Below are positions 1-12,056 of a stretch of DNA of 64,000 bases, piece after piece. This stretch comes from Curvularia clavata (taxonomy: Eukaryota), in NCBI GenBank assembly GCA_023920165.1, contig CP089275.1:4216001-4280000 (forward strand), read 5' to 3'. Both the position numbers and the translations under genes were made by a program. Under the pieces are notes generated by a model. That model saw only the letters and a program-made list of their open reading frames with translations. It made no database searches and was not told where the DNA came from. Each line of letters opens with the position of its first letter. Positions within the stretch are counted from its first letter, which is position 1.

Positions 1-3000
1 GTAGCTTGAACCGAAGATCCCAAAGATCGAGTACACCATGTGACGTTCCCAGCAGCAACCAATGTGCTTTTCGATCGACACAGAAGCAAGTGGGTGTTCC
101 ATGGTCGAGAGGGTTGTTGAGTGTATAGAGTAACTCCATCGTGCGTAGGTCTAGGGCAAGAATTTTTGAATTGTTAGTAGCTAACAAAAGGACAGACTTG
201 TTGTCTCCACTGTAGTGCTCGGACCAGACGGCAAAATCTCCTTTAGGCAACTGGTACTCGCGAAGGAGACGGGGCCGGCCAAATTTGGCGTTGCCATCTT
301 GATTCTGTAGGTAGTCGATGCGAACCACGTGAACGCTCCCATCACTGCCCGTCGCAACGAAGGAATATGTTTGCTCAACAAAAACTAGGCTAGTGACTTT
401 GACGTCTTCGCCTAGTTTGTATGTTTGCCGAGATCGACGGGTAATGTTGCGCTCAAGACGTGACGTGTCCCAGATCTTCACGCTCCCATCGTCAGAGCCG
501 CTGATGAAAAATCCTTGGTCAGGCGACACCAGTACTCGCGTCACGGCAGCTGTGTGCTCGCTGAAACTAGCAACAAGTGTACCTTCTGGACGCCAAGGAG
601 TGCCTGCAGGCGATCGATGCGCATCTTTGTACTTGATGGGCTGTCGTCGGATAGGAGGTTGTATGCGAGGACCGAACTCGATTTCCTCAGTTGGAAATCG
701 CTCGAGTAGCATTGAATCCAGTAGCTTCAATATTGCTGGATCATTTCCTGTGTAGTTGTGCGCGTTTCGAAAACGAATCCGCAGCGGACTTCGTTCAAAT
801 CTGTCTACCGCAAGCGGCGACATTGGTTGTCTAGATCGAGATGACTCTCGGGGATGAACTCCATCCACTTTTCCAAGAACATTTGCAGAAGTTGTTCCAA
901 TTTCTGCAAGAGCCTTATTTTCTCCTCTTCCAAGCAGTCCTAACGCGCTACTGCGGTGTCGGAGGCCGTTAGAAGGATCGATGGATGCTGTTGAGCCTGA
1001 AGGGGAGGAAGAAATTTTTGAGATCTTGAGAGAATTCCTCCTTGTCTCGGAACCGGAGGTTGGCGAAGATTGATCATTAGGGACGTTACGCGGTTTGGAT
1101 CGAGACGGGATTGTGATACCTCTCTCTTCGCGGACTAGTCGTCCAGCTTGGCTTTCGAAATGTGGCATCCGATCAGCCAATCCGTCGGCCTCGGTAGTCG
1201 ACGCATCCAAAAGTGCATCTTTGATGGTGCGAGGCGGTAAGTGGTCTTCTGGCGCATCAGCCCTCTTAGTTTGCTCCATAACTTGACGAACGTCTTCGTC
1301 GAACAGCACAGTTTGTGCTTTAACGCCAAGGTCCTTCAGTGTAACAATGCTGTTAAATCTAGCGGTAGGCGTGGAAAGGCTGTCGGAGCGCCGACGATGA
1401 GCAACTCGCCAAATGAACTCCCGGAGTGCCACCAGCTTGAAGTCCTCGTCGGGGTTCAGTCCTGCTTTACGCAGCTTTTGGAGCCACAACTCATCTTCCT
1501 CATTTTTCGGCAACCGTTGCAAAACTTTTTGGTCAAGTTCTCGGCCTGAGATAGTTGGAAGGCTGTCATCTGATGATCCAAACGTGAACGTTTGCTGGTG
1601 CCTGGCTGCTAGCCAGAAATGTCCCTTTTGAGCTTGCAGTGCCCAGTTAGAAGCCATTTCCAATAGCAGACGTGACATGGGACTCTTCAACGACTCCAGA
1701 ATACGTAATTCGGAAAACTCAGCAGGGATGACTTTAAGATATGGCCTGATAAGGTTGACCAGGATGCTATGAGTATCGGCCACTGATAGATATGTCGATG
1801 CAGCAGAGATGAATTGAGCTGCTGCTTCCCGTATCCAAAGATTTGGGTGCATCGTCAGCCTTGCAAGGATGTCCACTAGCTCCCATGTCTTGGAACGCTG
1901 GAGTAAACCAAGTTCCGCCATCGAAGATAGGGATCTAATGACTTTCTCTACTACAAACTCTTCGGGATCTGTCAATGCCTGAACCATAAGTGGCAATATG
2001 TAACCTTCCAGACTAGCGCCTCCGACAAAGACGGCAACGCCTACAATGCTTTCGAAGAATGCGCATTTAAGCATCCAATCTGGGTCGTTCAGATATGTAT
2101 TCAGGTGACTGAGAACTACATCGTTGGCTCTAGGACTTCCGAAAAACACGCAGAGGTCGGAGACGGACAGAAGCATCGCTCGGCGCACAGCGGGATCGGT
2201 GTCGGTGAGAAGAGATTTAGTGTGCTTCTCAAAGGCTTCGATCAGGATTCGACGGTCTGAATCAAATTGATTGCGGGTTGCCGACGAAGACATGCCATCT
2301 TCAGTTTCTGGATCGGCAGCAGGCAAAGATCCCTCTGCGCGCAATGCCTGAATCATATCGAGGTACTTGGCCGCAGTTGTCGCCAATGTACCAATACACA
2401 GTGCATACTGCATCCGGACAAGGGATCCAACCTTCCCAGATGAATCTGGAAGATACGCTTCGAGTCGTGGAAGGACATATTCGGGGAAAATGTAAGCATT
2501 GATGGGCGAAACGACCTGTACCATTGCAAGAATTTGTGTCAAGGAGCGCAAAGCAGCAATCTTGACCTGCTCGGATTTGTCGGCCAGTAATTGAGCCACG
2601 TAAGGTACTACACGGTCAAGTTTGGCTTCATCGGTCAATCGTTCAGAAAACGCGAGAAGAAGTTCCAAACCCCGAACACGAGCTGCAGCTCTTGCAGTCC
2701 CTCGTAAGCAAGACACGACAATGGTCAGAAAAATCAAGTTACCATCGTCAACAGCTAGACTTTGTGCTGGGGAGGCTTGATGTTGGTAGTTTGGTATGTT
2801 GACGAAAAGGGGGAAAGGCTTCGCATTGGGCCTAGGAGGCGAGCATTCAGGTCTGCCCAGTGGCTTTCCCTCCTCATTCGAGAGCAGATGAGAGATCTTG
2901 TCATAGTCGCTGAATATCCGATCTATACGCTCATCCGGCTCACCAAGATGTTCTGAACCGGTTGTGACGGGTTTTCGGCCAGACGAGGGATCGGTAATGG

Positions 3001-4027
3001 AATACATGTACTGTTGGAGGAAACCATAAAAGTATGTTGGGAACACCTTCCCTTTCCAGTGCGTAAGGTAGTCGTCTGCAGTCATCCTCGAACTAGGGTC
3101 TATCTGGATCATGTGGAGAATCAACTCACGAATATTTGAGTCGTGAATCTTACTGAGGTGCGAGTGTTCGGGGTCATATTCGCCTTGGCGATACTTGAAG
3201 AGCTGGCTCAGAGAGAAGATGGGGGCTTCTAGAAACAACTCTGCAATGACGCAGCCTACACTGAATATATCCATGGCCCAGTTGACGTCGCCTGCACCCT
3301 CGGGTTGCTGACCGGCGGCCAGAAATCTCTCAGGTGCCAAGTAACAGGTTCGACGGCCAGACAGGTCGAAGTAGAAGGAAAAGTCAGCGGGATTGTCTTC
3401 TGGCAAGTGTGCCGGCTTATATGATGAAGAGAAGTCGGCCAAGTATAGCCAGTTCCAGGACGTGACCAAGACGTTTTCAGTCTTGATGTCACCATGGAAG
3501 ATGTTCCTAGCATGACAGTCTCGCACAGCGCAAAGAAGCTGGAATGAAAGCCATTTTTTCTCAATTTCCTCTAAGAAGGGCCGTGTGCCATGCAAGGGTC
3601 AGCTCGCTGCAGAGATGATGGCTCAAATACAACTTACCTGAGGCGATCATACAAGGAGCTGTGGATGTATTGGCGGACCAAATAACCACAAGCTGCAGTC
3701 TCAATAACGCGATGATATGCCACAGCATTTGGAACATCGGCAAGCACCTTGCGTTCATCTGGGCTTTATCAGTATACATGATCGAATGGTAGCCTCTCCC
3801 CCAGACAACTCACGCAGCAGCCGCTTGACATGGTCATGGAAGTCAAAGTGTGCGTAGGGTTTCATGACTACTCGAGCCACAACAAGACCATCTTTATGGC
3901 GGGCTCTGACAGCTTTCATGAACCGGGCAGCGCCCAGCGACTTCTCGTACTGCAGATCAGCTAGTTCCGGGACGTCGATATTGGCGGAGCCCGCCGAGAG
4001 GGTCGTAAGCGAGAAGCCCTGGCCCAT
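1..4027 (-). CDS. VPS15: Phosphoinositide 3-kinase regulatory subunit Vps15 (kinase-like + HEAT + WD40); runs off the left edge of the window
   Basis: N-terminus MGQGFSLTTLSAGSANIDVPEL with Gly2 (myristoylation-type). Kinase-like HGDIKTENVLVTSWNWLYLADF and YLAPERF. WD40-like HGTPTCFCVDRKAHWLLLGTSHGVLDLWDLRF near position 1. Introns 3759-3813 and 3588-3637 (the latter non-canonical). The last exon appears open to the window edge. Confidence 0.96.
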
Positions 4028-4446
4028 GATGGTTGTTGATACTGGCTTCTGGTGGTGATGTGGGTGGTGAAGTTTGTGTTATCGTATTTGCTCCACGCTG
4101 TTCCTGCTGGTTGTGGTGGTGGTGATGGTGGTGATACTACTCTACTTGCTGTTGCCTTGCAGCCAGCATGTTGGAAAGCACAAATGTGCAACACTAGAGC
4201 CTCACCTCAGAGTGTCCATTTGGTAGTTAGAGCACAAAAGGATATGCAGACGTGGAGGTATGTGCGTGTCTTTGTCGGGTTGCAGGTAGGTGTCAACGGG
4301 TGTGTCGCGCATCATGTGCAACATAGCAGACTAGGACCAAGGCGGAAAGGCGTCGCCCGCCCAGCGTGATGTGATGGCTATCCTGCCCAAGCTCCCACAT
4401 CGCGGAGCGCGACACCAGATGACAAGTTGGCGGCGCATACGGTACC

Positions 4447-5911
4447 ATGGCACAGGATAAGCAGCACGTTGTCTTTTTCCATCCGGACCTAGGCATTGGC
4501 GGGGCTGAGCGGCTGGTCATCGATGCTGCTGTTGGACTGCAAAACCGCGGCCACAAGGTCACCATCTTCACGTCGTACTGCGACCCGCAGCACTGCTTCG
4601 ACGAGGCGCGGGACGGTAAGCCTCTACCATCACCACATCACCAATGTCGACCACACGCCGCTCATGCATGGCCAAGCAGCTGAGACCTGACCCTGACGCA
4701 AAGGAACCCTCGACGTGCGAGTGCGCGGAAACACCATCGTCCCCTCGACCATCCTAGGCCGCTTCGCTATACTATGCGCCATCCTGCGCCAGGTGCACTT
4801 GATCCTGCAAATTGCCCTGCTGTCCAAAGAATTACAGCAGCTCAACCCCTCGGCCTTCTTCGTCGATCAGCTTAGCGCGGGCATTCCTCTACTGCGGCTG
4901 CTGCAGCCCCGTCCTCGCATCCTCTTTTACTGCCACTTCCCCGACAAGCTGCTCGTTAAAAAGGGTGGGATTCTAAAGAAGCTGTATCGTGGGCCCTTTG
5001 ACTGGCTCGAGAGCTGGAGCACTGGCTGCAGCGACACCATCGTCGTCAACAGCAACTTCACAAAGAGCATCTTCAGTGAGGCCTTCCCCAGCCTTCGAAC
5101 CCGTGAGCCCGGCGTCGTATACCCATGCGTCGACATTCACGCAGGAGAGCCCACCAGCCATGCCGCACCACTGTGGAAGGGCAAGAAGGTGTTGCTAAGC
5201 ATCAATCGCTTTGAGAAGAAGAAGGACGTTGCGCTCGCCATTCGAGCATTTGCAGGGCTGTCGTCCACAGAGCGCGAGCAGGCCCGACTGGTTATTGCAG
5301 GTGGATACGACCCCCGGGTAGCCGAAAACGTTAGTACATACACGGAACTGTGCCAACTGGCCGACTCGCTCAAACTGAAGCATGCCACTGCCAAAACGGT
5401 TATCACCGCTCAAAGCATACCAGACGATATCGCGGTCCTCTTCCTCCACTCGGTCCCCAACACTTTCAAAGCTACACTCCTGGAAACAGCGCGTCTTCTC
5501 GTGTATACTCCTCTCCACGAGCATTTTGGCATCGTCCCACTCGAAGCAATGCTGGTGGGCACACCAGTGCTAGCTGCCAATGAAGGCGGTCCTACAGAGA
5601 CAGTAGTAGATGGCCAAACAGGCTGGTTGAGGGACGTTAAGAAAGTGCAGGACTGGACAGAGGTTATGCGTGTTGCCTTGGAAGATGGCCCTGGCGAACA
5701 GAGACTCAAAGAGATGGGAACACGCGGCAGAGACAGAGTTATAGCAGAATTCTCCAAGGAGAAGTTGGCTGAGCGCCTGGATATGGAAATTCAGGCCATG
5801 TCACGCAACACTATACGCCCTCCGCTGGTTCCGTTTGCTGCCGCTCTGTTGACTGTGGGGTTGATGGGCACTCTCACAGCTCTGAGCATGGTGCTGGCGC
5901 TGAAACAATAG
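4447..5911 (+). CDS. ALG2: Alpha-1,3/1,6-mannosyltransferase Alg2 (GT4)
   Basis: [39 protein letters not shown] and [11 protein letters not shown] motifs; hydrophobic C-terminus; intron 4616-4703 (GTAAGC...AAG). Confidence 0.96.
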
Positions 5912-7269
5912 GCCTTATGAGACGCAGCATCCTGTATCATCAGGTGTTACGTTTAGACAGGCTTTGGTACTTCAATCAACACGATACATTCACGTATCAT
6001 TTCAGCGCGAGTGCCGTAGGAAAAGTCAATCTTTACTTGTAGTCCTGGTGTGGGCACGGCATATAGAGTGTCAACTACCAACTCTCTTCAACCGTAACAA
6101 TGACACTTTTGAATGCGCCTCCTCGCTTTCCAATCACTCTCCTTTCGGAGGATACTGCCACACCCTCCCACAAGACACTTCTCATGTTTGACATTCTCTG
6201 CACGCCACTAGATCTCCTGCGATCTCAGACAAACACTACATTCCTCGCATGCGATAGGATAGTCTCGGTAATGCTTTCCTAGCTTCTCGCGGCTTGGGAA
6301 TCAATGCTGGCACAAAGTGCACCGTTCGCGATCGAGATTTGCCTCCGCAGGAAGAATACGCGTCCCCGTTATAAGACTGAATGTGGATCTCAGAGGTGCA
6401 ACAGTGTGTGCAGCTGTGAGGGCGAGGAAGGTCTGAGCCAGGTTCTGTACTAAATTCATGGAAGTAAATACTAAGATTGGGGCAGAGCACTCCCACAGCC
6501 AGTAACACCGGAAAACCAAACTAGCTCAGCTACACTGTTAACATTGTAAAAGATATCTGAGACAGCTGCTGCTACTTTCAAGAGTAGAGTCTTGAGTGCT
6601 CAAACATAACAAATAACAAGTAACCGTGACAATTACAGCTACCTCTAAAAGTAGTGATTTTGCAGGCTGCCATTTTCCGATTTCACTAGTCCTGGGAGAG
6701 GCATGTCCTCGTTGATTATGTACTGAACAATGACACCAGGGTTTGCATAACTCGCGTAGGTATCCTGGCTCCCGACGAACGGTACAGAGCGAGAGCGCTA
6801 ATTATCACTCTCAGTGTGTAATACGGTTTCGTCAAGGTTTGTGGGACTGCTGTTAGAATTGCGCTGGTGAGAAAGTATGGGGTCGGCCTCAAGCGCAAGA
6901 TTCAGTCTACAAATATGGAGCAATGAAATCAAAGATAGACTCCAGAGAAGAGAAGTCACTGATCGAGCCTTCATATACTGACACCGATGTGCTGAATGAG
7001 ATACACTATTGCTAAATATTCAAGTACGGAGTGAAGGGGGGCCGTTTGGTCGACAAACTAGGAACAAACGGTAGTGACTTAACGAGAATGACGATCAGGC
7101 GGGCGCGGCGCTAGCGGGAGCTCCTAGCGCGGTCCATGAATTTCAGCACGAGCTCTATTACCGCGAGACAGACCTCCGCAGTCCCACACAAACCAGCATT
7201 CGATACCCGGGCGCCAATTCTATATCCTCGTCACAATACACCAACTTCACGCGATCGCTAGCCGCCAAA

Positions 7270-8343
7270 ATGAGGTTGACAACAGACCTAATCAATAACT
7301 CCCTCTCCTTCATCAACTGTCTCACGGAGCGTGAACTCGATCTGCGAGGTATGTCGAAAAGAATGGATACTACACTTAAGAGCTGATAACAGAGTCTTGA
7401 TATTTAGGCCACAAGATTTCTGCCATTGAGAACATGGGCGCGGCGCGTGTAAGGTGTCTACAGTATGCATAAGTGCTCAAGTGAGTGCTAACATGTCACC
7501 CAGGACAATGATGCGATAGATCTCACAGACAACGACATCGCGCAGCTAGGCAACTTTCCTCTTCAGCCTCGCCTTCGTACGCTATTTCTTGCGCAAAACC
7601 GTATCTCGAACATTCAGCCGAGCGTCTCGTCGAGCATACCTAATCTTCACACCTTGGTCCTTACCAAGAACCGAATCGCCGAGCTGGCTGATTTGGACCC
7701 CTTGGCGGGCTTCAAATCTCTGACATACCTGTCGCTCATGGGAAATCCTGTCACAAGCAAAGAGGTGCGTGCTAGGCCCTTATGTTTCTCCAGCTTCTGG
7801 GCCTATTCGTGGACCAAGTAATCTCGAGCCCAAGAAGCAATCTCAAAGTCGGGTGGGCTGCTTGGCAATGGGGGAGATGCTCAGTCGCTGGGCGAGTCAC
7901 ACTTGCGATGGACAAGTGGCTAACTATCAGCAGAACTACAGGTATTGGATCATCTGGCGCTGTCCGAGCGTGCGATTCCTAGACTTCACCAAGGTCCGCG
8001 ATGTCGAGCGAAAGAAGGCCCGGGAGCTGTTTGGAACTACAGAAGAACCAACTGAGCTTGCCAACCAGGTGTGTGCCATTGACTACATTTCACTCGAGTA
8101 TGGATCGTTTACTCACTTATACAGATCTCAAGCAACAAATCGAAAGGCTTTGTGGTACCGACATTCGCTAGCACTAACGATGCGGGCAAGGAACGTATTT
8201 ACACGGAAGATGAGAAAAAGCGAATGCGCGCTGCCATTCTCAACGCAAGCAGCCTTGCAGAGATGGCGCGTCTAGAGAAGGACTTTGCGGAGGGACGGAT
8301 ACCTGCGCATATTCTCGAGGGTGGAGACCCAATGGAGACGTAA
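7270..8343 (+). CDS. LEA1: U2 snRNP protein A' (LRR)
   Basis: MRLTTDLINNSLSFINCLTERELDLRGHKISAIENMG, DAIDLTDNDI, GNPVTSKENYRYWIIWRCPSVRFLDF and AAILNASSLAEMARLE. Introns 7349-7407, 7449-7503, 7765-7933, 8069-8124. Confidence 0.95.
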
Positions 8344-8684
8344 CTGGCACATTTAAAAGCACGCCGCACAAACATGGAAGGGACATACAAGGCCAGGAGC
8401 TCTGGGATGCAACTATGGGGATTTTGCGTATGCAGACAGACGCGCGAGGACACAAAGATCCTGCTAGCTTGTGCTGCTTGAGGTATCTCGATGGGCCCAT
8501 GTCAAGGCCCGGCACTTACGAGATGAGTTGTCTGACTCGTGGCGACCTCGTCAAGATAGGTTACCAAGGTGCGAATCGAAAGGAGGTTGATCTGTATTCA
8601 CTGAAACAGATGGCTTTGCGCCGGCTTTACCCGCCCATGGTATCGTAGTAATAGACTTCAAACGCCATGGAGCCAGGCTTTGTG

Positions 8685-8711
8685 AACCCGTACAACCCGT
8701 ACAACCCGAAC
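8685..8711. repeat. 9-bp tandem repeat (AACCCGTAC)x2 plus AACCCGAAC downstream of the FIP1 stop
   Basis: Read directly: aacccgtac aacccgtac aacccgaac. Confidence 0.8.
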
Positions 8712-8756
8712 CCCAGCCAGCCAGTATCTTCATAAACGAAACTACATCAGTTCCGA

Positions 8757-9838
8757 CTACCAGCCTCTTCCCCTTCCACCTCGTCCTCTTCCACCACCGC
8801 CTTGATGAGCTTGCTGGAACCCCCCACCCTGCTGTCCGCCGGGTCCTCCAGGAAAGCCGCCCATTCCTTGGCCAGCCATTTGCATGAAAGAAGCAAAGTC
8901 CATTTGGCTTGGGTCCATACCCTGTGCCATCATCTCCTGCATCATCATCTGCATTTGCTGCTCATTCATGGCACCTGGTCCCATACCTCCGGCGCCAGCA
9001 CCGCCGCCACCAGCGCCAGCGCCCCCTCCACCGCTAGGTCCGGTCGGTGGTACGACACCTGGGCCTGCATTACCTTGTGGACCACCTCCCATGCCTGGCA
9101 TTCCTGGCATAGGTCCGCCACCCATCATAGCCTGCATTTGTGCCATGTCGTTCTTCTGGCCTTGTATTGTATTCGCCATGGCCACTTGCCGTTGCCTGTA
9201 TAACTCCCATGTGAACTCGTCGAAACCATAATTGAAGTAGTCTGACTGGTCTTCGCCCGGTCGGCGCCAAATCTTCTGCTCCTCTGCAAGGTCGGCATCA
9301 ATGTCGACCGACAGAAGCTCCTTGCCTTGTGGCGGATAGATAGGGTTACCGTTGACGTCAATTGTGGAGGTACGTTGGGCGGGGAAGGCTGTGCCTGAGA
9401 GGGAGGCAGCCGATATCTGAGGAACGGTACCACCTGTTGTAGGCGCGGTCTTAGGTGGGAGTTGCTGGGAGGGTGTTGATGACGGCGCTGGTGGCTCGAT
9501 CTTTATTGCTTTGGAGTCTTGGGATTGCTGTGAACTGCGGGCAATTCTGTTAACAAAAACGGGAAACCCTGTGGCTTGGATATATCTTACGCTGCGGGTT
9601 TGGCTGGTGCTGGCGCCTTTTCAATGATGATGTCGATATCCTAGAGCTCAGTCAGCTTTGCTGGACAGTTACGCATGTGATATATCAAGCGGCATACTGA
9701 GTCACTGTCGTCCTCGTCGCCTGATTCCTCGTCCATGGGTTCGTCTCCGCTAGAATTGTCGTCGCTCTTCTTTGTCTCGTTCTTCTGCTGCACCGCGGTC
9801 TCATCCCCATAGAGGTCATCATCAGATTCGTCTGCCAT
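8757..9838 (-). CDS. FIP1: Pre-mRNA polyadenylation factor Fip1
   Basis: Acidic N-terminus MADESDDDLYG; Fip1 motif WRRPGEDQSDYFNYGFDEFTWELY; M/G/Q-rich tail ending in RGG repeats; introns 9641-9697 and 9535-9590. Confidence 0.93.
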
Positions 9839-10337
9839 AGTTCTGTGCTCCTTTGACTACTGGTGGTGAGGCGCGTCGCCAGTTGTTGCTTTTATATGTA
9901 TCAAAAGGTGGGTATTTAGCCAGCCCGCCCAAGAGTCGCTACGATACAGGTAGCGTCGCTGATTTCGCCCTACACAAGTTGCAGAAAGAGACGGCTCGTC
10001 CACGTGACCTGTGCCCTCGACCAGCCTTTTGTCGATGCGCAGATGCAGAAGGGCCTTGAGCTTGTTGGAAGTTGCTGCATCCGGCCATGACTAGCCGAGC
10101 GGAGGAAACGCGACTTGGTCTGTGCTGCCCCTGTTGGCGCGCCGCGTCTCCAAGCACAACCTTCTCCGTCACCTGCTTTTGAGTCGGACATCTGTTTTTC
10201 TCCACAACGGCTCGGTCCTTGGCCCTCTACAACTACACCATCCGCTCCTCCGCGACTGTATCCTTTGCCCGGAGCTCTGCCCCAGCAACCTTTTTTGCGA
10301 CAAAACGAGCAAGAATATCCAGACATTTTCAACCGAC

Positions 10338-11739
10338 ATGGCGGGCTTTGGCCGTTCCAATTCGCTGAGCATCAATACTGGTGGCGGCGGTGGCCTTTTG
10401 TACGTGTTTGCCTAGCTAGGTTCCATGAGCTTCAGCTATTCAAAATCCCATGCGACTACCATTCGATTCGCTGTGCTAACTTCAGCAGCGGCAACAACAA
10501 CAACACATCTACACAACAGCCACAGCAATCGCAGCAGTCTGGCTCACTATTTGGCAACTTGAATAAGCCTGCAACCACTGCACCCGCCAGTGGGGGACTC
10601 TTCGGTTCATCCACAGCCCAGTCATCACAACCGCAAACTGGAGGCCTGTTTGGCGGTACGTTGGGCGCAAACACACAAAATCAGGCCCAGAGTACTGCTC
10701 AGTCAGGCGGGTTGTTTGGTGGCACACAGTCCAAGCCTTCGCTATTGTAAGTCGCCCTCTAATCCCGCTGCGGCATGGAGACTAATTCTGTCCCAGCGGC
10801 TCATCGACCCAACAAACAACAACAACCCCTTCATTGTTCGGAAACACCACTACTACCCAGCAGAACCAAACGTCCACTCCCTCACTATTTGGCTCTACAC
10901 AGCAGCAGGCGCAATCACAACCACAGAATACATTGGGCGGTGCAACTAATTTCCAGAATCGATCTAACACCCTCGGTGGCTCTACACTCGGAGGGACTCA
11001 GATGGGAACGAGCGCGCAGCCAGTTCAGTTGACTTTGGATTCGATACGAGGAACTACACGATTCAATGACTTGCATCCCGAGCTACAAACGCTGATCCAG
11101 CAATTTGACGAGGGTATACAGCGAAAGATCAACTATTGCAGTCAAATCCGCGAATCACTCCCCGGCAATGAGCGTGACATTTCCACCATCGCGCCTGACG
11201 TGGCGTATATCGAGACTTTTCTCTCCACAGTCGAAGTGGGACTGGACAACGACTCGGCAAACATTGCACATTTGAAAACCCTGGTGAAGAAGGATGCAGA
11301 AGATGCGACTCTCAGTTTCCGCGCCATTGAAAACCAACGACTACCAGCGCAATTCCATTATCGCAACAACGGCAACCTGACTGCCTCGAGCGCAAAGACA
11401 CCAGCTACTAGTGCACTCGACGATGATGATCCGACAAAACCGGTGGATCTCATGAGCTACTTTGATCGCCGAACAGACGAGCTTGGCCGCACGCTTGACG
11501 TCTATCAGCGACAAATTCGTGAGATTGAGGCGCATTTGCGAACAATGGAGGCCGGCACGTTGGAAAAAGCCCAACAATTGACGGGCAACCGAAGTGCACC
11601 GCGCGACCAGCGACGCGAGTTGGTCGAAGCGCTCAAAGCCATCGAGGGCGCCATTCTCGACTCGGCAAAGAAGGTGGGACAGGTCAGAGATGAGGTTACC
11701 AAGCAGACATTGGGCAGTGTTGGCGCGGCTCTGCTCTAA
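10338..11739 (+). CDS. NUP49: FG/GLFG nucleoporin, Nup49/Nup58 family
   Basis: MAGFGRSNSLSINT start; multiple GLFG/SLFG repeats; TTRFNDLHPELQ followed by a coiled-coil C-terminus; introns 10400-10488 and 10747-10796. Confidence 0.8.
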
Positions 11740-12056
11740 ACGGAATCCGTTCAAAACTTATCATGGGTTTGTTTATTCAGGCGATAAGACCATTTTTATT
11801 GTACCATGGGAGCACTATTTTGTGCCTATATTGTAGACTCTAATGAAAACTGATAATGGCCACTAAGTCGGGTCGTTTGACATGCAATGTTCGTGCTACC
11901 ATCATACGCATTTGTACTCTGGACTAAATGGCCTTGAACATTCATTATATAGGAAAGACGCAGCCGGTTTGGACATTCAATGTTATTGATATTTCGTTTC
12001 ATTGTATGGACATGTAATCATTCTCCTCCAAACGAACACATTTTGTGCACATAACC

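Noticed and set aside
5912..7269. Possible small gene or ncRNA in the ALG2-LEA1 spacer, including an inverted repeat GCGCTAG...CTAGCGC at ~7108-7130
   Set aside because: No convincing ORF, splice pattern or RNA-family motif, and the stem is short enough to be chance.
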